A model generated the notes under the pieces. It was not told where the DNA came from and ran no database searches. It saw only the letters and a list, made by a program, of their open reading frames with translations. Position numbers and translations under genes: made by a program. Positions 10,590 to 19,950 of a DNA stretch of 19,950 nt are shown here, one piece after another (positions within the stretch are counted from its first letter, which is position 1; every line of letters begins with the position of its first letter). The stretch comes from Octopus sinensis (Eukaryota): positions 1-19,950 of the forward strand of contig NW_021824093.1 in assembly GCF_006345805.1 (NCBI RefSeq), written 5' to 3'.

Positions 10590-10665
10590 ACCTGGGTATT
10601 ACTGGTACAGATTATATTGACCCCAGAGTGATAGTAAAATTTGGTAGGATTTGAACATGGAACAT
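10590..10665 (-). mobile_element. Degenerate SINE fragment
   Basis: Minus strand reads ctctttatgttccatGTTCAAATCCtacc...ggggtcaatataatctgtaccag, similar to 10401-10512. Confidence 0.4.
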
Positions 10666-11062
10666 AAAGAGATAAATGTAAATACTGTAAGGGGATGATT
10701 CTCATATTAGCCCAGGGTCGGAGTAAATAGGGAAAAAACTACAAAGGAGAGAGAGTGAGGAAGAAAGAGAGAAAGTAGTTCTAGATGGGAAAGGAGGAAG
10801 GAAGAAGAAGAAAGAGAGAGGATTTGAACCTGTGACGTTGAGGAAATGGAGAACGAGATGACGTAAAGTGTCCAGTCAGGCAACAACAATAACAATTATG
10901 GTGATGATTAATTAATAAAGTAGATTATAGTGCGAAAGAGAGAAGAAAGACAATGACCCCATGGTGGGATTATGACATGAATGACTGAATGAAAAAGAAA
11001 CAAACATTATTGAAAACATAAAAGAAACAGATTTGGATATTCCAGATCCAATGGGGACTTAC

Positions 11063-11217
11063 CTCCGAACTGCCTCATGCAGTGGTGTGTCTCCATTGTT
11101 GGCAACCACATTGGCATCAATGCCATTGTGACCCAACAAAATTTCGACAGTGTGCAAGTGTCCCAACCAACAGGCCAAGTGCAGCGGTGTTCGACCATCT
11201 TCATTTCGAGGATTAAC
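11063..11217 (-). CDS. Ankyrin-repeat protein, internal exon B (155 nt, phase 0 to phase 2)
   Basis: Acceptor ttttattcttttctttttcag|GTT and donor CGGAG|gtaagt. Encodes VNPRNEDGRTPLHLACWLGHLHTVEILLGHNGIDANVVANNGDTPLHEAVR, with two TPLH motifs 34 aa apart. The supplied ORF track shows only the wrong frame here. Confidence 0.92.
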
Positions 11218-11538
11218 CTGAAAAAGAAAAGAATAAAAACATTAAAAATGGTGTCTGAAAGGGGAGTGTGGGTGGGTGAAGAATTAAAAGAAAAACTCAA
11301 CAGAAAAAGAGAAGAGAAGGAATGAAATTAATTAAACGGTGGAATGATTGGGGTGGGGAGTAGGTAATGGAGATTTCTATTGTATATACACACACGCGTA
11401 TACACACATACATGTGTACATATAAATATATTATACACACACACACACAAACCATGCATATAGATGAATAACTCAATAAATAAACACATAGAGCAGCAAA
11501 AGTGTGTGTGTGGGTGTGTGTGTATGTTCATAGTTACA

Positions 11539-11760
11539 TTTATTCTTTTATTCTTTCATTTGTTTCAGTCATGTGACTGTGGCCATGCTGGAGCACTGTC
11601 GTTAGTCGAGCAAATCGACCCCAGTAAGCCTTGTACTTATTTTTAGTTCTTTTGCTGAAACGCTAGTTTACGGGGACGTAAAACACACCAGCAGCGGTGT
11701 CAAGCGATGTGGGGACAAATACAGACACACAAACACACGCACGTACACACAGACACTCAT
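11539..11760 (-). mobile_element. Octopus-type SINE, central and 3' part with (AAAAGAAT) tail
   Basis: Minus strand reads (TG)n..ttgtccccacatcgcttgacaccgctgctggtgtgttttacgtccccgtaaactagcg..actggggtcgatttgctcgactaa..tgctccagcatggccacagtcacatgactgaaacaaatgaaagaataaaagaataaa. Homologous to 9530-9745. Confidence 0.75.
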
Positions 11761-11786
11761 AACACACACACAGACACGCACATACA

Positions 11787-11789
<3 letters not shown>

Positions 11790-11827
<38 letters not shown>

Positions 11828-12109
11828 GGACATACATATAACATATATATATATCTGTATATATATAAGGCAAGATGTGTGTGTCTGTACGTTTTTGTAA
11901 TTATGCACATCTACAAATTAACACGCATGCCGCTCAAATTTTAGGGGTCATTCGTCATGACCCCGGCAGTATTTTCGTCAAATTTCTCCCGAGACACCCG
12001 CGAATAGCGGTAAATAATTTTGAGCCATAACTTCTAAATTTTTAATATGGTGAAACCTACCATTGTTTACAAAGCAAACATTAATTAAGTCACCTCCTAG
12101 CGACGGTGT

Positions 12110-12146
<37 letters not shown>
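11790..12146. repeat. (TA)n-rich tract (11790-11870) and (GA)n (~12112-12146)
   Basis: Visible directly, with non-repetitive sequence between the two tracts. Confidence 0.9.
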
Positions 12147-12151
<5 letters not shown>

Positions 12152-12538
12152 ATAATTTCGTCTTTTTACTGGCAATAACAGACAGACAGGTGTTGTTATG
12201 TATGTTTGTATGTGTGAATGGCTTCAGTCACGCATACACACACGCGAGCATGTATGCGTAAAAGACACATAATGCAATGTTTGTGTGTGTGTTGCGTATA
12301 TATATATACGGGCAACATAAACGATATTTTCCGTTTCTCCACAACTAATTTCCTAATTAGCTGAATCCGTTGTTCTAATCATAGCGATATATAGCTGGTC
12401 GTGCGTGAACATGGGAGAGAGCAGAGGTTACCAGAGCAAAAGACATACGTGCTGACTGTAGACACGCTCCTTCGCAAACGATCAGCTATTATTTTGTAAA
12501 CAATGTTGCGAAACTGTTCATGTTTTCGAAAGGAGAGG

Positions 12539-12778
12539 GGTCAACCTAAAGCGTTTGACCCGGTCATAAAAATAAACAAAAAAATAGTAATATGTGTAAA
12601 AGAACTTCCTCTAAACGAATATGACCAAAAAAACGTGCTCTCGCGAAAGGGGTTGGGAGGAGGGGCCTATGGCCTTTTCTTTGATAATATCTTTCTTGCT
12701 TATTTAAATTCAGTTCAATGCACACTTGCCTTGAACCAAACATTTCTCTTTGTGTGTGTGTGTGTATGTGTATGTGTG

Positions 12779-12811
<33 letters not shown>

Positions 12812-13066
12812 ACGTGTTTGTGTGTCTGTATGTTCTTGATAATCGTTTAGAACAATTTGTTTTACACCTATTACACTATTTTTTTGTTTTTGTGCACGGG
12901 TCAGACATGTAACATCCACGATGTGAATTTTCCGAGGCCTCTCCCCCACTCCCCTTTCGCGATCGCACATTTTTTGAGTCATATTCGTTTAGAGGAATTT
13001 GTTTTACACCTATTACACTATTTTTTTGTTTTTTGTTTATGACCGGGTCAACACTTTAGTTTGACC
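12539..13066. mobile_element. Non-autonomous DNA transposon (MITE), ~130-bp TIRs, 8-bp TSD
   Basis: Termini ggtcaacctaaagcgtttgacccggtcataaa (12539-) and tttatgaccgggtcaacactttagtttgacc (-13066). The TIRs align over about 130 bp (roughly 80-85% by eye). Perfect direct repeat AGGAGAGG at 12531-12538 and 13067-13074. Internal (TG)n. Confidence 0.85.
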
Positions 13067-13461
13067 AGGAGAGGTATGACTTTCACATCGCTGCGGGAGA
13101 AGGTAGGCTCCTCTATTCCTGTTACAAATCTTACTTCCGGGTACCAAATTTGCTTCAATTGATGGTATTACTCGGGTCGGAGGTGGTGGTGGGACAGTGG
13201 CAGGGGCAAAGGCGTGCAGAAAATGTATACAATAGGTGTATATACGTATATGTTTGCGTGGTGTGTGTGTTTTACCCATATATATAAACTTAGTTGTGAT
13301 CTGAACATAACCGCTTCTGAAAAAGAGATTCCGGAGGCCTTGGGCGTTTTATTTCCTTGCTGGAAGGGTTCTCAATACTGGGCCAAAATGGGGTTACACG
13401 AAAAAAAAAGAAGAAAAAAAAACAATCGATGAGTGTAAAAATCGAGAAACCGATTTCTTAT

Positions 13462-13513
13462 GGAACCATGTGGTTGTAAGCAAGCTACTAACCACACAGC
13501 CAATCCTGTGCCT
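13462..13513 (-). mobile_element. tRNA-derived SINE 5' head fragment
   Basis: Minus strand reads aggcacaggatTGGCTGTGTGGttagtagcttgcttacaaccacatggttcc. It has an A-box-like motif and is truncated before the B box. Confidence 0.55.
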
Positions 13514-13724
13514 ATATATATATATGAATGTGGTTGTATGTTCATCATGAAGCGTTTAACAATAAATATTTCTTTATAAAATTTTCTGAAAATCCATCCT
13601 TTCAAGTCTTAATCAACAATTATGTCTGGAGTTGGGATTGGTTTGAAATCATCAAATGCTTTTATTTTCAACATAATCGGAAACACCAGAAAGTCATGGG
13701 AAAAAATAATGCGGCTCAGGAAGA

Positions 13725-13784
13725 TATATACATATATATATATATGTATGTGTGTGTGGATATGTATATATTTAATATATACTC

Positions 13785-13848
<64 letters not shown>

Positions 13849-14148
13849 CATATATATATGTACATATATATATACATATATATATATTAATTATAATAAA
13901 GGGTTAATTGCAACAAGTTACTCAAAACCACATACCGAAAATATTAGGAATAGCAGCCAAATAGATCACTATTTCTCCTACTAAAAAAAAAGTCTCCACA
14001 AACAAACAGAATTTGTAACCCGTATATGGTAAAGAGAAAGAAAACAACGAAATCCCAGCCTATTGGATTAATTATAGACGAATCTTTTCTGGATTAGAAT
14101 CGAAAGTTCAAGGAAATGAACTTTCGGTTTTAAATCAGAAACGATTTT

Positions 14149-14199
<51 letters not shown>

Positions 14200-14235
14200 G
14201 TATATTAACATATAAATAAGTATATATATACATAC

Positions 14236-14277
<42 letters not shown>

Positions 14278-14278
14278 G

Positions 14279-14313
<35 letters not shown>

Positions 14314-14321
14314 CATACATA

Positions 14322-14375
<54 letters not shown>

Positions 14376-14475
14376 CTTATTTATATGGTATATACATATG
14401 TATATTATATATATCTTTTAGATCTTATAGGCATATATACAGTGTACAAAGGGTTATATATACGATTATATATAC
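13725..14475. repeat. Two long degenerate (TA)n arrays (13725-13890 and 14150-14475)
   Basis: Visible directly. Source of the IYIY ORFs. Confidence 0.95.
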
Positions 14476-14767
14476 ATACCTATATAAGTGTGCCTCGAAG
14501 GTCGGGAGAGGAGTTGAGTTAAATATTCGCAGGAGTAGATTTGTTTCCTCGTAATTTACCGAAAGACGGATAAATTGTTAGGAAAATTAGAGAAAATTCT
14601 TTTCGAGGAAGATTTGGATTATTTCGGAATATAATATGAATGAAGAGAAACACTAACATATGCACACCACAATTTACATTATATATACATCCATACATTT
14701 TATTTGTATATATATGTATATACACACAGACATACACACACGCATACACACATATATAGTCACTAAC

Positions 14768-14921
14768 CTCAACAGCGCTCTGGTTCATTATAGCTTTTAC
14801 ACCATCTGTCCATTCCGGAGATGACCATGCAGCCAAATGGAGAGGAGTATATCCGCTGTTGGTCTTCTCGTTGACATTGCTGCCCCGAGAGAGTAATAGC
14901 TCCACAGCTTGCAGTCGACGC
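14768..14921 (-). CDS. Ankyrin-repeat protein, internal exon A (154 nt, phase 2 to phase 0)
   Basis: Minus-strand acceptor tttctatcttttcctctcag|G and donor GAG|gttagt. Encodes (x)RRLQAVELLLSRGSNVNEKTNSGYTPLHLAAWSSPEWTDGVKAIMNQSAVE, which contains the ankyrin G-x-TPLHLAA motif. Joins exon B in frame. Confidence 0.88.
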
Positions 14922-14991
14922 CTGAGAGGAAAAGATAGAAACAATGACTAATTTACATTAAATATGAAATTATTTTGGCTTTCAGACGAAA

Positions 14992-15377
14992 CATCATCAT
15001 CATCATCACCATCATTATCACCTGCACAATTATCATCGCAATCATCATCATCAACATCATAGCCATCGTCATCATTGCCACCACCTCCATCATTATCATC
15101 ATCATCATCACCATCATTGCCATTATCACCATCATCATCATCAATCATCACCACCATCACCATCATAATCTCCAACATTAACATAATCAACATTATCATC
15201 ATCATCTTCATCAACATTCATCGCCACTATCAACATAACCACCAGCATCGGCATCATCATAGACATCATAACCATCATCAACCTCATCGTATTCATCACC
15301 ATCATCCTTGCCTTCATCATCATCATCACCATCATCATTATCATGATCTACATCATCATTATCATCATAATATCATT

Positions 15378-15447
<70 letters not shown>

Positions 15448-15923
15448 TCATCATAATTATCATGATCGACATCATCATTATCATCATAAGCATCATCATC
15501 ATCATCATCCTCCTCCTCCTCCTCCTCATCATCATCATCATCATTATCATCATCATCATCATAATCATCATCATCTTCATCATCATCATTATCATCCTCC
15601 TCATCATCATCAGCATTATAATCATTACCATTCTCATCATCATCATCATCATCCTCATCATCATCATCATCCTCGTAATCACCATCATCCTCATCATCCT
15701 CATCATCATCCTCCTCCTCCTCATCGTCAACATCATCATCTTCCATCCTCATAATCCTCATCATCATCAGCAGCAGCTTTATCATCATCATCATCATCAT
15801 CATCATCCTCATCATCATCATCATAATCATCATCATCATCATCATCATTATCATAATCTTCATCATCATCACCATCATCATTAGCATCATTTTCATTCTC
15901 ATCATCATCATCATCATCATTAT

Positions 15924-15964
<41 letters not shown>

Positions 15965-16215
15965 CCCTCATCATCATCATTATCATCATCATAATCATCA
16001 TCATCATCATCATCATCCTTATCATCATCATCATCATCAACATCATCATCGCCATCCTCATCATCCTCATCATCATCCTCATCCCCATCCTCCTCCTCCT
16101 CCTCATCATCATCATAATCATCCTCATCCTCATCAACATCATCATCATTATCATCATTAACATCTTCATCATCATCATCATCATCATCAACATCCTCATC
16201 ATCATCATCATCAAT

Positions 16216-16256
<41 letters not shown>

Positions 16257-16727
16257 TATCATCATCATCATCCTCATCATCATCATCATCATTATCATCA
16301 TCATCGTCGTCATCATCATCATCATCATCCTCGTCATCACCATCATCCTCATCATCCCCATCATCATCATCAACCTCATTATCATCATCCTCCTCCTCAT
16401 CATCGTCATCATCCACATCATCATCATCATCTTCCATCCTCATAATCCTCATCATCATCTGCAGCAGCTTTATCATCATCATCATCGTCATCATCATCGT
16501 TCGTCATCATGATCATGATCATGATCATCCTCATCCTCATAATCTCATCATCATCATATCCCATTATCATCATCCTCATCATCATCCTCATAACATCATC
16601 ATAATCATCATCATCCCCCTCATCCCCTCATCGTCATCATTATCATCATCTCATCATCATCATATCATTCATCATAATAAACATCATCATCATTATCATC
16701 ATCATCATCCTCCTAATCATCATCATC

Positions 16728-16766
<39 letters not shown>

Positions 16767-16938
16767 ATCATCCCCCTCATCGTCATCATTATCATCATCA
16801 TAATCATCATCATTATCATCATAATCAACATCATCATCATTATCATCATCATCATCCTCATCATCATCATCATCATCATCATCATTATCATCATAATCAA
16901 CATCATCAACATTATCATCATCATCATCATCATCATCC

Positions 16939-16990
<52 letters not shown>

Positions 16991-17901
16991 TATCATCATA
17001 ATCATCATCATCATCATCATTATCATCATAATCAACATCATCATCATTATCATCATCAATCATCATCCTAGTCATCATCATCATCATCATATCATCATCC
17101 CCCTCATCATCATTATATCATCATCATATCATCATCATCCTGCTCATCATCCCCCTCATCATACTCATCATCATCGTCATCCTCATCCCCCATCATCATC
17201 ATCCTCATCCTCCTCCTCCTCCTCATCATAATCATCATCATCCTCATCCTCATCTTCATTATCATCATTTATCACATTAACATCCTCATCATCATAATCA
17301 TCATCATCAACATCCTCATCTTCATCATCATCATTATATCATCATCATCATCATCATCATATCATCCTCATCATCATCATCATCAACATCATCATCATCT
17401 TATCATCATCATCATCATTATCATCATAATCAACATCATATCATCCTCATATCATCATCAAACCTCCTCATCATCATCATCATCATATCATCATCATTAT
17501 CCTCATCACATCGTCGCCATCATCCATCATCATCATTATCATCATAACTACCATACCCACATCATCATCATCATCATATCATCATCATCACACATCATCC
17601 TCATCATCAACATCATCACATCCTCATCATCATCCTCATCATCATCTCATCATCATCATCATCCCCACCTATCATCATTATCATCATCATAATCATCATC
17701 ATCATCATCATCATCCTTGTCATCATCATCATCATCATCATCGTCATCCTCATCCCCATCATCATCATCCTCATCCTCCTCCTCCTCCTCATCATCATCA
17801 TCATCATCCTCATCCTCATCTTCATTATCATCATTATCATCATTAACATCCTCATCATCATCATCATCATCATCAACATCCTCATCTTCATCATCATCAT
17901 T

Positions 17902-17933
<32 letters not shown>

Positions 17934-18116
17934 CATCATCATCATCATCAACATCATCATCATCATTATCATCATCATCATCATTATCATCATAATCAAC
18001 ATCATCATCATCATCATCATCATCATAAACCTCATCATCATCATCATCATCATCATCATTATCATCATCATCATCGTCGCCATCATCATCATCATCATCA
18101 TTATCATCATAATCAA

Positions 18117-18148
<32 letters not shown>

Positions 18149-18811
18149 ACATCATCCTCATCATCCTCAACATCATCATCATCATCCTCATCATCATCAT
18201 CGTCATTATCATCATCATCATCGTCGTCATCATCATCATCATAATCATCATCATCATCATCATAATAAACATCATCATCATTATCATCATCACCATCATC
18301 ATCATTATTATCATCCACATCATTAACCTCCTCCTCATCATCATCATCATTATCATCCTCATCATCATCATCCTCCTCCTCCTCCTCCTCATCATCATCA
18401 TCCTACACCTCCTCCTCCTCCTCATCATCAACAGCATCATCACCATCATCGTTTTCCTCCTCCTCCTCCTCCTCCTCCTCCTCATCACCATCATCATAAT
18501 CATCATCCTCCTCCTTATCATCATCCTCATCATCATCATCGTTCTCATCATTATCATCATCATCATCATCATCCTACTCCTCATCATCATCATCATCATA
18601 ATCTGCATCATCATCATTGTCATCATCATCATCATCATCATCATCCATCCTCTTCCTCCTCATCATCATTATAATCATCATTATCATCATACTCATCATT
18701 CTCATCATTAACATCACCATCATCATCCTCCTCCTCCTCACAATCATTTTCATCCTCATCATCATCATCATCATCATCACCTCTCCCTCCTCTCCTCTCC
18801 CTCCTCATCAT

Positions 18812-18849
<38 letters not shown>

Positions 18850-19264
18850 CCTCTCCTCCTACTCCCCCTCCTCATCATCATCATCATCGTCATCATCATC
18901 ATCATCATCATCATCCACCTCCTCCTCCCCATCATCAATATAAACATCATCATCATCAGCATCATCATCATCATCATAATCATCATCAACATCCTCCTCA
19001 TCATCATCTTCATCATCATCAACATTATCATCCTCATCATCATCATCCTCATCCTCATAATCATCATCATCATCATCATCATTATTTATGATCATCATTG
19101 TCGTCATCATCATCATTATCATCATTATCTCCATTATCATCATCATCATCATCATCATCATCCTCATCGTCATCATCATCATCATCATCATTATCATCAC
19201 TATCTCATCATCATATCATCATCATCCTCATCGTCATCATTATTATCATCCTCATCCTCCTCCT

Positions 19265-19299
<35 letters not shown>

Positions 19300-19950
19300 T
19301 GTCATCAACTTCATCCTCATCATCATAATCATCATCATCACCATCATCATCATCATTAGCATCATCTTCCTCCTCCTCATCATCATTATAATCATCATCA
19401 TCCTATTCTTTATCATCCTCAACATCATCATCATCAACATCCTCATCATCATCATCTTCATCATCATCATCATCCTCCTCTTCATCATCATCAAAATCAT
19501 CATCATCATCATCCTCATCCTCATCATCATCATCATCATCATTATCATCATCATCATCTTCCATCATCATCATCATCATCATCGCCATTATCATCATCAT
19601 CATAATCCTTATCATCATCATCATCTTCATCATCATCGTCATTATCATCATCATTATAATTACCATCATCATTCTCATCATCATCATCATCTTCCTCATC
19701 ATCATCAGCATCCTCATCATCATCAGCATCCTCATCATCCTCATCATCATCATCCTCATCATCAGCATCCTCATCATCCTCATCATCATCATCATCATCA
19801 TCATCTTCCATCCTCATAATCCTCATCATCATCTTCAGCAGTAGCTTTATCATCAACATCATCATCATCATCACCATCATCATTATCATGATCGACATCA
19901 TCATTATCATCATAAAATCATCCTCATCATCATCATCATCATCGTTATCA
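14992..19950. repeat. ~5-kb degenerate (ATC)n/(GAT)n trinucleotide satellite, running off the window end
   Basis: Continuous ATC with ATT/CTC/AAC/GTC/ACC variants, and the plus strand is nearly G-free. Rare marker motifs recur internally (e.g. at 15740, 16431 and 19805). Confidence 0.97.

Noticed and set aside
11007-11325. ORFs 11007-11300 (-) and 11077-11325 (+) from the supplied track
   Set aside because: Off-frame or antisense shadows of ankyrin exon B. The true frame is bounded by splice sites.
11944-11964. Perfect 8-bp hairpin ggggtcat-tcgtc-atgacccc
   Set aside because: A single short palindrome is expected by chance in 20 kb, and it has no supporting context.
13890-14145. Non-repetitive island between the (TA)n arrays, possibly an interspersed-repeat (Penelope-like) relic
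   Set aside because: No coding motif or terminus is recognisable from the sequence alone. A repeat-library search would be needed.
15075-19913. Long poly-Asp/Glu, poly-Met, poly-Ile, poly-His and poly-Ser ORFs resembling acidic mollusc biomineralisation proteins (Aspein/Asprich-like)
   Set aside because: These are the expected frames of (ATC)n/(GAT)n. GAT cannot become a stop by one substitution, so long open frames arise automatically. There is no signal peptide or credible splice context, frames break often, and the region appears to be intronic.

Overview
Eukaryotic (metazoan) genomic DNA that is AT-rich and full of microsatellites. The SINE/RTE-LINE families and repeat load suggest an octopus or other coleoid cephalopod; this is an inference from recalled repeat families, not a database result. 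The only clear host gene is an intron-rich ankyrin-repeat gene on the minus strand. Four exons splice GT-AG with matching phases (14921-14768, 11217-11063, a 37-nt microexon 10098-10062, and 3211-2999) into 186 uninterrupted codons covering about 5 ankyrin repeats. The start codon lies outside the window and the last exon is uncertain. The introns hold two decayed RTE LINEs, a Helitron 3' end, two near-identical Tx1/L1-clade LINE pieces embedded in (GATA)n arrays, several tRNA-type SINE fragments, a long-TIR MITE with an 8-bp TSD, an old ~460-bp foldback, and a ~5-kb degenerate (ATC)n satellite with higher-order structure. The most notable observations are: apparent (TATC)n targeting by the Tx1 LINE; a CAGG duplication giving the microexon tandem acceptors, one of which causes an immediate stop; and a frame-neutral, stop-free 192-nt two-exon cassette bracketed by inverted SINEs. 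Almost all ORFs in the supplied track are repeat artefacts.
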